A DNA stretch of 64,000 nucleotides from Macrostomum hystrix (lineage: Eukaryota; Animalia; Platyhelminthes), in assembly GCA_950097015.1 (NCBI GenBank), contig CATNEN010000011.1, forward strand, positions 620,001 to 684,000. Reading direction: 5' to 3'. The first letter of the stretch is position 1, and every line of letters starts with the position of its first letter. Below are positions 1 through 10,604 of this stretch, piece by piece. The position numbers were made by a program, and so were the translations under genes. The notes under the pieces were generated by a model. That model searched no databases and was not told the DNA's origin. It saw only the letters and a list, made by a program, of their open reading frames with translations.

Positions 1-3000
1 GATCTGAGCAATGAAGATAAATGCAACAGCCTCGTACAATGCGGTACCGTCCATATTAATTGTAGCCCCAATCGGCAGCACAAACCGGGTGATGCGCCGA
101 TGAATTTTAAGGTTTCCCTCGAGACACTTTAATGTGACCGGCAGGGTTGCTGAAGACGACGCAGTGCTCAGAGCGGTTAGCCAGGCTTGGAACATACCCT
201 TGAAGAATATCAGCGAATTCTTTCTCGTCAGAACCAAGTAAATGAGGTTCAGCGTTATTAGAGAGTGAATAAGTTGGCCGGATGTCACAGTGATCACAAA
301 GAAAACCATGTTGCGCATTGTGGACATCAGGTATTTGTCCTCCAGCAGCTTGGCGGTGATCAGAAAGTAAATGCCAACTGGCGTGTACCTGCAGGTCCAC
401 AAGAGCGTTAGTAACAATAATAATTGCAAGGTGCCTGTGGTCAGTACAACTGCAATGCGCACGCGGGTTGCATGCCGCCTAGACTTCAAGCACGAGTGAC
501 GCGTTCTGATTAACTGGTGGGTTTACTGTCTGTCTCAAATGGGTCTAGGCTGGGGTGGGGGTTGTTAGCGTGACTGCCTACTTGTATCTTAGTGCGCCAA
601 GCCTTTTCAAACCTCCGTTTTTTACTTTCTGAATTACTCCTGAATTACTCCCGGTTCAGAATTACTTCTGAACCGCTGTGTTCTTTCTTTGGCCGCGCTG
701 CCTCAGCACTTGGCGGCAGTAGACTCACAGCCAGAGAGAGGCAATACAGCCAATGCATTTCGCTGACTCCGCTGAGCACAGATTCTCATTGACTAACACC
801 TGCCCTGGCTTTTACATCACGTTAAGCAGTCCCATGCAGTGATCCTAATGGGCGTAAATTGCGCTACAAGCCCCTTTACCATCTCTCCATCTCTCCATGG
901 CTGCGCCCTAAATTAATATGGCCACAAGAGCTCAGGGACATAGGTGCGAAAGTCAAACGCGCAAACCTAGCAAGCACTAACCATGATGAAGTGAGCTATG
1001 AAGTAGATAAGTAAACGATTTGAGTAAATAAGTAAGTAAACAAGTAAGTAAACAACTACATCTTAGAGCATGCACCTAGGTTAGTAAAAAGTGAGCTTGA
1101 TTAAAAACTTACCACATGACAGCTCTGTTCATAACGATGACAACATCGTTCAGTACCTTGACTAGTTGCACCAGCATTTTTCCTTTTTCCGGCATGTTTC
1201 TCAGAACGGCTCCGAAAAATAATGAGACACTCACTAAACCTAAAGACAAATTCGCAAAGATGCTGGAACTTTATAATCGCAATTAAAAGTATTCAAAATA
1301 TGTGCGAGTAATTGAAAAAAATATATATTAATTTAAAAGAAAGAAATTTATAAACTAAATTATTTTACAATGGTAGCAAAATACCAACCAATTGCATTTG
1401 GAACATCCACTTTTGTCTTTTTGAATTTATTGACCAGCCTCCACGATTTGCCGTCATTATAAGTTTCATTTGTGGTGTAGTGGATATTCATTTTCTTCTG
1501 TTGAAAGCAGGTCGTCACTATGTTGTCTGGAATGATGTTTCTGAAATGTTTTTCAATTTCTACGCTTAATTTAGCATTACGTAACACCGTCTTTCTTATC
1601 AGTCTCCTGTCGGATCTCTTCTATCTGATATATTGTGCTATCCGTATCAAGTCTCATATCTCTTCTACAATAAATCTCTTTCTAATTCCTATAGGGCAAC
1701 GCAGTTTAAGCAAATTGTAAAATTGAGAACTCACCGAAGCCAATCCACATAGCTTATCAAATGCGAATCAACATCAAACAGCTCATTACTCGATTGTTCA
1801 GTTTTTATAGCATTGGGGCTGCCAGGATGGATAAAAATCACCAGGATTAAGCCGACAATGACAGCTAACAGTGTCCTCACAATGTAGTACACAGCTGTTA
1901 TAATAGTCATTTTGGTTGAAGAGCCTGGGGCAAGGCTAGTGATGCCTGCGTTGTAAAGTTATGCACAAACAAGCATTTATATTTATTGTTTTATGCCCGT
2001 CGAGCCAGATGTTCAGCCAGTGGCACAGCCGCCCAAGCTATTGCACAGCGGTGTTCAGTCCGTGGACTGGAGAGACCGCCTGCACCCACCCTAGTTTCTA
2101 ACCCAAATCGGATTCTTAGATGCTGGCACCTATTTACAACTGGCTAGGGAATAGCTTCGGGGTAAGTGACAGAGCGTTTAACACGTTTGCCTTCGTACTA
2201 AGGTAGCTCGAATCCCGCGGCGAGGCCACATTCATTTGGGGCGCAGCCGCGGGGAGAACGCTTGGGGGCTTGTTGTGCAATTTACGCCCTTGAGGGCCAA
2301 CCTCCAAGGCACAGTGAGAGTGTACACTGCCTGACGATGAGAAAGTCAGGGCAGACGTACACACCTGTGTGAGTGTGTGCCTATGTACAGCGTTTGTCTG
2401 CGTGTGTGCTCAGGAATCAGCGAAATGGGCAGAATTGCCTCCTCGCTGGCTGCGTGTCTAGTGTCATCAAATAATGTGGCATTGCCCGCAGCCCATCTGC
2501 AATTATTATTTTTATTAGTAATTCACTATATATATTATTAAAGTGAACAGCTTTTCCTGTTTGTTGAATTTTGAAACTACGAACACTGGGCTACATGCTC
2601 CCTTATTGTAGTTTGTATTAGATTGTAACTAGTTGGCTGTGCTTATAATTGTGAATTGGGCGACAAGTAACGCACTGAATATATTGTAATAGAATAAGAG
2701 TTTTGAAATCTACCTGAAACAAGGGTTGAGACTAGCAGCGGTATCATGAGCATCTTGAGCATTCTTAACATCAGGTCGCCGAAAAAATTGAAAACCATGA
2801 TAACCTTTAGGCTAGGATTAGTCTTGCGAAGGAGCATACCAGTCATCACGCCCAGTAGAACGGCCAGAATAGTCAGCAGCAGCATATTTTTGTCAGTTTT
2901 CTGAAACCTTGTGCATCTACGAGTAGCCTTTCTGCTTTTAATAGAGATCGAGTCGTAGGATGGCAGCTGCTGCACACTCGGCCTGGCCAATTCCTGCGAT

Positions 3001-3038
3001 GCGGTCGATCTTCTGCTTTCACTTGCTTCGAAGCGCAT
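1..3038 (-). CDS. SLC1/EAAT-family glutamate/aspartate transporter, copy 1 (exons 3038-2714, 1945-1735, 1540-1389, 1239-1113, 388-<1; 3' part outside window)
   Basis: GT-AG bounded exons keep frame and encode FFGDLMLRMLKMLMIP, IHPG, IPDNIVTTCF, WYTPVGIYFLI, ALSTASSSATLP and GATINMDGTALYEA, all SLC1 signature regions. Near-identical to the complete copy at 18521-23079. Confidence 0.93.
2150..2495 (+). mobile_element. tRNA-derived SINE-like repeat (family with copies at ~22191-22536, ~45105-45400 and ~58770-59035)
   Basis: Head has degenerate Pol III A box (TGACAGAGCG) and B box (AGCTCGAATCC). The body ggccacattcatttgg...gagggccaacctccaaggc...gtgtacactgcctgacgatgagaaagtcagg recurs four times in the window. 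Confidence 0.7.
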
Positions 3039-4092
3039 CACCAATCGATAATGATTGCAGTTTCTAGTCAATTTGTGCTTAACAGGACCCTGTATTGTTT
3101 AGTAGGAGGAAAAAGTAAGAAATATTTTTTACTTTATAAAAATCATGGACTTCTCTAGTTAGGATGTGGAACGGAAACGAAAATCTAAGCTAGATTTCTT
3201 CTACAACATGGGGCCCTGGTTTTCAAGCATACCGAGTAAGCTTTATCCACCCAGTTTGGAACATAAACATGTCTGCAAACCCCAAACCTACGAGCCAAGT
3301 CAATTCGAACAAATACTCGTATAGCATTTTGCAGTCAGTTTGACTTTAGGAGCAGTTGACTTAATCCAAAGTGGCAGAACGCAACACTCGAGGCCCATAG
3401 TAACAGTATTTGGCTGCGAACACTTGCACTTGCTCACTGGCTGACGGCGTGGCCAGATTGTCACTCACAGCGGTTGCAACCTGCCGGAGTGTCCGGTCGC
3501 GCTTCCTGGCGACGGACGATGGACTCGAACCATCTAATCGCGAGTGGACCGCGGCAGGGATGCCAGCTCAACGATATCCATCGCACTTGGCAAGTCAGCG
3601 ATTTCCGGCAACTCGTCTGTCGCCGCACCACCCACATCCTCTCTTCTCTCTCCACCTCTTATTCACACGTCCTTCAACATGATCGAAAGTTTCGTTTTTG
3701 TCCAAACTTTCCATCAAAAGCCATTTGTTTTCGTCGCTTCTACCAATCCTACACCGACTCCAGACTGATTCTGTTCCAGCGATCGTAGTCTATGGCCTAA
3801 TCGTTCAGCAGCGTCACCTATTGGCGCTGCTAAATGTAAATATAAAGATCGGCTATTGAGGATAGCGCCCGAGGTCACAGACATTGTAGTACGATAAAAG
3901 CGGTCTTTCGCGTCCCTGGGATTTCCCTAGGGAAATCCAAAAAATAGGTTAAAGTCTAAATGTCTATGGTCGTTAAGCTAAAATATTGAAAACAGAGTTG
4001 TATTTAGAACAATAAACAACTAAACAAATTACATTATTTCTAACAAGTAAAACAGGTTATTTTCCGTAAATGTCATGCAAAATATCAATATG

Positions 4093-5157
4093 TCACCTAT
4101 GATAAATGTTGAATGTGCAGCCGGTGAACGTGCCACTGAAGCCGCCACTAGAACTAGAACTGCAAGTTGACAGATTGGTGGTTGAAGCTAAACTTACTTT
4201 ATTTTCACACCCAGCCTGACTTAATGCATCCGAAACGCATGCCAATTGGGACTCCTTCTTCTTTGAGTATCTTATGTACCGCTGGGTTGACACAACCGAA
4301 CGATGTCCCGTCACATGGCCGATGTCTTCCAGCGAAAAACTGGCGTTGTGCAGCTCAGTCACGACCGTTGCTCTGATGCAATGAGGCGCATACTTTCTAG
4401 ACAGTCCAGCCTTCTCAGATATTGTCTGCATCATTGATCCCAGCGTATTGTGTCCAACTGGCTGCTTGGCAAAATACCACGAGTCTGCGTTAAGCTTAGC
4501 CCTCGGCCGAATGAAGACGATGCTGTTCACGACACCTTCTCGGTTCTTAGCATTCGCGATCCTTTCCATGTAGTCTTTGAAGCAGCCCACAGGGCAGTCA
4601 GGTAAGCCGGTAGAAACCATCAGCACCTGTTTAGTATTTTTTGCTGCATTTTCCAAGTGTCCTCCATCAGTCTTTGTAGCCATCGGCCGCAACTTGATAG
4701 CCTCTTGCCCAGATGCAGTGATGATCTCTTCGAACGACTCAACTGTTAGGCGTCGAAACCACTCTCTCGCACGCAGCCCAAAATGAGTCATCATATTGTA
4801 ATAGAACTCATGCTGTAACTTTGCTGGAGTGCTCCGATCGAAATACTTTCGAAGCTTAGCTAGATCATTGTCTTCTATGGAGCTGAATCTCTTTACTTCT
4901 CCGCCGTTCTCCAGAAACAGTTTAGCAGCAGCTTTTAACATATTGTTCGCTTTTTTGAACAGCTGGTTAGATATGATATCCACTCCACGCACCCGAAGCA
5001 GCCAGCGATACAAACCGGCCCGGAAACAGCGCAAAGTAGCAGGTGCATAGTACCCACCGTCAGAGCGCTTGATAGTTCCATACGCAATCCGGATACAGGC
5101 CGCCAATCGCTCCTCTGCGCAGGTCTTAATGTCGACTTCAAGTTGAAGGGACTCCAT
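4093..5157 (-). CDS. Crypton tyrosine recombinase (DUF3504-like); N-terminal part probably continues in a shifted frame up to an acceptor at 5460
   Basis: Catalytic set visible: FGLRARE (R), TK, HCIRAT (HxxR), TGHRS (H), QRY (Y). Also CPV..F..Y and WY..QPVGHNTL motifs typical of Crypton/KCTD1/ZMYM DUF3504 domains. Confidence 0.88.
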   Translation of the reverse strand: MESLQLEVDIKTCAEERLAACIRIAYGTIKRSDGGYYAPATLRCFRAGLYRWLLRVRGVDIISNQLFKKANNMLKAAAKLFLENGGEVKRFSSIEDNDLAKLRKYFDRSTPAKLQHEFYYNMMTHFGLRAREWFRRLTVESFEEIITASGQEAIKLRPMATKTDGGHLENAAKNTKQVLMVSTGLPDCPVGCFKDYMERIANAKNREGVVNSIVFIRPRAKLNADSWYFAKQPVGHNTLGSMMQTISEKAGLSRKYAPHCIRATVVTELHNASFSLEDIGHVTGHRSVVSTQRYIRYSKKKESQLACVSDALSQAGCENKVSLASTTNLSTCSSSSSGGFSGTFTGCTFNIYHR

Positions 5158-5573
5158 GGTCGAATAAAATTTTTCCAGAGCCCATTTTTCTTGGTGACTC
5201 GCACTTGGTGGTTCAGTTTTTTCTCAACCAAATCAAGATCTTGTATTAGAGCCTCGATATCTTCGTTTCGAGGCTCTTTTGCATCTAGCAGTTCGGCAAG
5301 CGTATTATCATCAATTCTCGCAGCGAATGCAGCCGCCATCTCTTTTATTCTATCTGCGTCCATTTCTAGAGCAAATAGAGCGTTGTCAGCTTCCATGCGT
5401 GCGGCTATCTCGTCCTTCGTCAGTCCAAATATGTCTCCGTATTCAATATGTAGCTGACCGCTAGGGTAGGATCCACAGAATAAACCAGAATGCTCAATCA
5501 GCTTCCAAATCTAAAGCCGAAATATAAAGCCATAGACACTACTCCTGAGGTGAAGAAGAGTTAAGTAGTACTA

Positions 5574-7860
5574 CACCTTTTTGCACTCAAATTCGTCATT
5601 TCTGAAATCAAGTTCAATAAAACTGCATTCATATTCGGACAAACTCTATGGCTATACTTGTGAACTGCAAGCAAATACGGCAAACTGCATTCAAATTCGG
5701 CAAAATGCATTCAAAGTCGGCAAAATGCATTCGAATTCGGCAAACTGCATTCAAATTGGGCAAACTGCATTCAAATTCGGCACCAGCTCAACCAGATACA
5801 AAAATATCTATGGCACAAGTCCATAATATTGATCTAACTGCATTCAAATTCGCCAAACTGCAAGCAAATTCGGCAGCAGAAGTATGAGAGAAGGAATGGG
5901 GTGGAGTTGCTAATATGGCTGAGCTTGTTTTTACCCGAGAAAAGTTTAAAACCCTAGACATTTAGATTCTCATTTAGAATCATTTTGTCTATGGCAATCA
6001 GCAGCCACTGAAAGGACACGGGAAAGGGAAGTTACGTGTTAATCTCGTAAAAACACCCCCTTTTCCTTACTCCATGCAACACCAGCATCAATCATGGCAG
6101 CCCAAAACTACAAGCGAATCTCGAATGATGACAGGCATCGCCTGCTTGCAGCTCATCAGACAGGTGAGGACTACCAGACTCTGGCAAGACAGCTAGGAAT
6201 ATCAAGATCGACGGCGTACTCCATCGTGCAGTCTGGGCGTGGTGAGAAGCGTCCACAGGGAGGCCGACGAGTCAAGAAGTTTGACGAGGAAATGGAAGAT
6301 TTCTGCCGTGAAGTGCTTGACCTGAACTCACTTGAATCAATCAACGCATTCGAGCTCGCTTTCCAGACAAGCCGCTGGTAGATGAATCCACGCTAAGCCG
6401 ACACCTTGATGGAATGCTGTACACAGTCAAATTGGTACGCGACTGTCCTGCTGCCCGCAATTCTCCAGAAGTTATGGAGGAACGCTTTGCCTACGCCACA
6501 TGGTGGTGCTCTGCCGACGTCGTCAACCAGCCGAAGATATTTATCGATGAGTTCGGTTTCGACACGTGGAATCGGCGATCACAAGGGAGAGCGCAGCGTG
6601 GAGTTCGTGCTTATCGCGTGATAGGAGGCCAGCGAGGACCCCGACTGACGGTGTGCATGGCAATGTCGCCGCAAATCGGCGTCGTGCATTACCAATGCTA
6701 CAACAGGGGCATGACGAAAGAGCATTTTGCTGAGTTCCTGCAGATAACCATGGGAAACCTGGAGCATGCTCAGATCCAGCATCCAGCCTACATAATTTTC
6801 GATAATGTATCCAGTCATAATGACGCCGAACTGCAGGAATCTGTTGGCGCAATTGAATTTCGCAGGCTACCAAAATACAGCCCATTTCTGACTCCGGTTG
6901 AGAGCGCGATCTTCGGCTGGAAGGCAGCAATCAAGCAAGAGATCGCTGCCAATGCGGATAGTTTCATCAACCCGACCGCAGAGGCCCGCGCCGGAAGAAG
7001 TCTCGTGCAATTTAGGTTTGACGAGCTGCGCCGATTCGCTGATAACACCGTCATGACCGTTACACCAGCAAACTGCAATGCGTGGTACAATCACTGCTTT
7101 TCATTCGTGCCTCGCTGCCTTGCTCGGCAGGAAATTCTCGGTGACTAGTTGCTGAAACTGGCAAATGACCATTATTTTCGCATTGTTCGAACTTTTTTGA
7201 ATTGCTCACCAAAATGTTTCGAATTGTCCGGTTTAAATCTTGTTTGTGGTTCTTATTGGCCTATTTAAGTACTTTTCATTGTTTCACATATGCACTGTTA
7301 CTGTCTCTGTCATTAGAAAATGGTTTATTCAGTACTTAGGCACAGCACAATACACCCATTCCTTTTCTCATACTTCTGCTGCCGAATTGGCTTGCAGTTT
7401 GGCGAATTTGAATGCAGTTGGATCAATATGATGGGCTTGTGCCATAGATATTTTTGTATCTGGTTGAGCTGGTGCCGAATTTGACTGCATTTTGCCGAAT
7501 TTGAATGCATTTTGCTGACTTTGAATGCATTTTGCCGAATTTGAATGCATTTTGCCGACTTTGAATGCATTTTGCCGAATTCGAATGCATTTTGCCGACT
7601 TTGAATGCATTTTGCCGAATTCGAATGCATTTTGCCGACTTTGAATGCATTTTGCCGAATTCGAATGCATTTTGCCGAATTCGAATGCATTTTGCGACTT
7701 TGAATGCATTTTGCCGAATTTGACTGCATTTTGCCGAACTTGAATGCAGTTTGCCGTATTTGCTTGCAGTTCACAAGTATAGCCATAGAGTTTGTCCGAA
7801 TATGAATGCAGTTTTATTGAACTTGATTGCAGAAATGACGAATTTGAGTGCAAAAAGGTG
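5574..7860 (+). mobile_element. Tc1/mariner-IS630 superfamily transposon with long TIRs (~5574-5900 and ~7357-7860)
   Basis: Ends CACCTTTTTGCACTCAAATTCG...CGAATTTGAGTGCAAAAAGGTG are inverted, flanked by TA (5572-5573, 7861-7862). TIRs contain 20-bp internal tandem repeats (gcaaaatgcattcaaattcg). Confidence 0.95.
6094..7148 (+). pseudogene. Tc1/IS630-like transposase, frameshifted near 6350 (HTH 6094-6350; DDE domain to 7148)
   Basis: HTH region (LARQLGISRSTAYSIV) continues in another frame as RARFPDKPLVDESTLSRHLDGM. IFIDEFGF, IIFDNVSSH and YSPFLTPVE give a D,D(32)E triad. Confidence 0.88.
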
Positions 7861-8396
7861 TAAAATTTGAGAAGTAGTCACCCTTTTGTATGTCTATTCA
7901 AGTTGGAACTTTTTATGGACAGAGAGGCCCGATTGTATATTTGTAGCTGTAGCGATGAACAGTTAAGAAACAGCAGAATGAGCAGCAGTTTAAGCAATTG
8001 TATTCTGTGGTAGGATCTATCTCCTTCCATCAGGTTAAGTGATTTCGATCCAGAAGATCCAGAGTTTAACTCACTATATTCGGCCATAGACATAAGAAAT
8101 ATAGACACCGGTCTTTAATGGGTGTTTCCCCAGTCAGGCGGTCTTTCGCGTCCTCGGACTGATCCATTTTTAGAGAAATCTTTAAAATAGATAGGAAAAC
8201 TATTATCGTACTATACAATAACCCTATAGCACGGTTTCCTCGGTCTTTAATGTCTATGGCCTCGAGGCGCTTCGCGCCTCGGAAACCATGCTATAGTATA
8301 ACATTGATACCCGAAATAGCCGGTCTCTATTGTCATTTGCAAATGATAAAATGTTTCAAGGACACCTCATTATTGACAGCAAAACTTTTATGCATG

Positions 8397-8545
8397 GCAC
8401 GCAGTCCGTTGCTCTTTCGGCGGTCATTAATGGGGTTCAGGTACTTTCAGGTACCTGGTATCTGGTACCTGGTACCTGGTACCTGGTACCAGGTATCAGG
8501 TTCAGGGTTCATTAATGACCGCCGAAAGAGAAACGGACTGCGTGC
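8397..8545. repeat. Small fold-back (MITE-like) palindrome with a 7-bp GGTACCT tandem core
   Basis: 36-bp arms 8397-8432 and 8510-8545 are reverse complements with one mismatch. The core consists of (ggtacct)n units. Confidence 0.8.
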
Positions 8546-9447
8546 GTAATGGGGTTCATTAATGACCCCGTTAAGCCAACTAACACAGTCAGTAAGAAGT
8601 AGCCAAGTTGTTGAAAGACTTCATCAAATGGTACCGTGCCCAATATCAGAAACGTTCTCATCAGTAACGAGAACACCCCAACCGGTGCGTACCTTGGTTT
8701 AGTGAGGTGAGAGGTTACATCAAAGTTTAAATGACAACCCTTGAAAACGTTGCATTAAAATAAGATAAGTTTGAAATGGATTTTCCACGACTTATACGCT
8801 TGCGTCAGTTGTTGTTTGGGTTGGTTATGTATCAGTTCGAGATTGGGTCAGTTAGAGATAGGGTCAGTTGCTTTTTTGGTCATCAGATTGCACCGAGGAT
8901 TCACCAAGTTATGACCCGCACTATCATGCAGCAAGTGTCGTTGATGGCAACCGTCAGGTCAATCAGGTCTCGCGTCTGATTTGACAAGCGTTTAATCACC
9001 GAACCGAAGAATATTGAGAAACTGACGCAAGCTGAATTTGGGGTTGGGTTGCGCCTTAGTGACAGGCCAATTATGAAACTGAGCACATATGTGTAATATT
9101 CCAATCTAACATGTGTGCTCGGAATGTATGCTAGCTGTGCCTAGAACCGCGTGCATTGGCCCAACCAATTATCTGCCTGCGATAGATATTAAATAGGCGG
9201 GTAAAGCTTGCGGCTTTAACCGCTTTTAATGTTTGAGCAATCCGCCTCGCTACCTTCTCTTTACCAGTCACTCTGCTCACCTAGCTGTACATCCTAGTTT
9301 GCGCTACCTTGCGTGTTTTACGTACTGAGCGTGTGCACTATCACCACCACCCCTAATTCCCGGGGCACGTGCCTACCACGTAGTTTTATTTGACAACTCT
9401 CTCAGCGTGAGAGGGTGTCGCTGCTGCTCAATTGTCAAAATTTTGGA

Positions 9448-10515
9448 ATGGATCACTTTTTATCAATGACTTCGCGCCAATTATCTGAGCACCTAGAATC
9501 GCTCGGCTGCAGCGTAGAGGAAAGTGCATCAGGTACCAGAGGCGACAAGATAATGAAGATTCTGGCACGGCAGAAGGACACCACCACGGCAACCGACCAA
9601 AGCTTCCAAGCCCGAGTTGACCAGCTGCTCGAGACAGCTGCTAGCGGAGGGTCGACGACAGAGCAGATCGACACCAGCAGGACGGGGCTCGCTGCAGCTG
9701 CTGGACCTGGTGATGAGGACGTCGAGGTGGAGATTCGGGCGGCGCAGCAGCGCATCCGACTGCTTCAGCTGAGGCGGGAGGAAGCTGCCCTGCGTTCTGA
9801 GCTCGAGTCCCGCACAGCCGCGCCGCAGCCAGCCGGAAATGACCGGGGTGAGTGGCGATCAGTTCTTAGCACCTTGCTGTCGCAAGACACAGGGGAAAGC
9901 GCGAAGGCCCGGGAACCCCGGCTAAGTAAACCTCTGTTAGTCACCGATTTCCTCTGCAGGGAAGGCTCAGGTGAGAACACAGTGGTGCATAGCCGCTCAG
10001 GTGACTTGGTATTTAAAGGCAACAAGGCAGTTAGCCCTGAAAACGTCAGTCTGGCGCAATGGATTGTCGGTAACGCCAAGGTGCTGGACTGTATGCTAAG
10101 CAGAGGACAGCTGGTGCGAACTGGTGCAGATGGGCAGCCCGATGTATCCGAACTGCGACAGTACCTGAAGTACAATGTCCAGATTGGTGAACTGGCAGAG
10201 GCTGGTTTTGGAACGGCCAAAATTATGCGCTTTGACGAGAGTTACCGCATCAATCAGCACAACAGCGACCTGCCGTGGGCCACCGAGTCTTTTCAGCTGT
10301 TCGCCAGGCACCTGCTAGCCCCAGACAGCGCCAGCGACACTCGCTTCCAAAAGCCCAAGTTTTTGCAGTATGCAGCAAACCGTCCCGTCTGCAACAATTT
10401 CAACGCCAACAAATGCTTTCGCAAAGCCTGTCACTTCCAACACATTTGTAAAATCTGCAAGGGCAACCACCCGGCCTGCGCGCACGAGCCGGGCACAGAA
10501 GCTTCAAAAAACTGA
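9448..10515 (+). CDS. gag: Ngaro gag-like ORF1 with C-terminal Cys/His zinc-knuckle region
   Basis: First ATG lies immediately after repeat A1. Coiled-coil segment, ..FDESYRINQ..W motif, and C-terminal CNNFNANKCFRKACHFQHICKICKGNHPACAH. Confidence 0.85.
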   Translation: MDHFLSMTSRQLSEHLESLGCSVEESASGTRGDKIMKILARQKDTTTATDQSFQARVDQLLETAASGGSTTEQIDTSRTGLAAAAGPGDEDVEVEIRAAQQRIRLLQLRREEAALRSELESRTAAPQPAGNDRGEWRSVLSTLLSQDTGESAKAREPRLSKPLLVTDFLCREGSGENTVVHSRSGDLVFKGNKAVSPENVSLAQWIVGNAKVLDCMLSRGQLVRTGADGQPDVSELRQYLKYNVQIGELAEAGFGTAKIMRFDESYRINQHNSDLPWATESFQLFARHLLAPDSASDTRFQKPKFLQYAANRPVCNNFNANKCFRKACHFQHICKICKGNHPACAHEPGTEASKN

Positions 10516-10604
10516 GCACGGAGGCCAGCCAGCGGCCCCCTAGCAAGGAGACCGTCAGCGAGCTGGCCCAGCTCCCTAGTTTTAGTCTTTTAAACCCTCA
10601 AGTA

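Larger units (their letters stand above)
1..3886. repeat. Tandem segmental duplication (this block plus 8301-8345 matches ~20045-23985)
   Basis: Same-strand near identity at an offset of about 20,044 bp across exons, introns and upstream region. Identical ORF translations at 107/20151 and 592/20636. Confidence 0.97.
3887..8306 (-). mobile_element. Crypton-type tyrosine-recombinase DNA transposon (carrying a nested Tc1 element)
   Basis: Bounded by 6-bp direct repeat ACATTG (3881-3886 and 8301-8306). The paralogous locus has a single ACTTTG (23940-23945) with both flanks joined. Encodes a YR of the DUF3504/Crypton type, has no RT and no TIRs. Confidence 0.85.

Noticed and set aside
2160-2240. 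tRNA gene (also ~19690-19750, ~53075-53125, 58280-58350, 58960-59035)
   Set aside because: A/B boxes are present but I could not build a complete cloverleaf, and most continue into a shared SINE body. tRNAscan-SE would settle it.
3410-3788. Overlapping ORFs upstream of EAAT (also 23207-23918)
   Set aside because: Several use non-ATG starts, frames are not conserved between the two duplicates because of indels, and there is no domain similarity.
4093-5157. Bacterial or phage integrase, i.e. contamination or horizontal transfer
   Set aside because: Motifs fit eukaryotic Crypton/DUF3504 recombinases, there is an upstream splice acceptor, and the element is contiguous with intron-containing host genes.
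5581-5887. Repetitive ORFs (MHSNSAKCIQ...) here and at 7325-7853
   Set aside because: These are translations of the 20-bp repeats inside the Tc1 TIRs.
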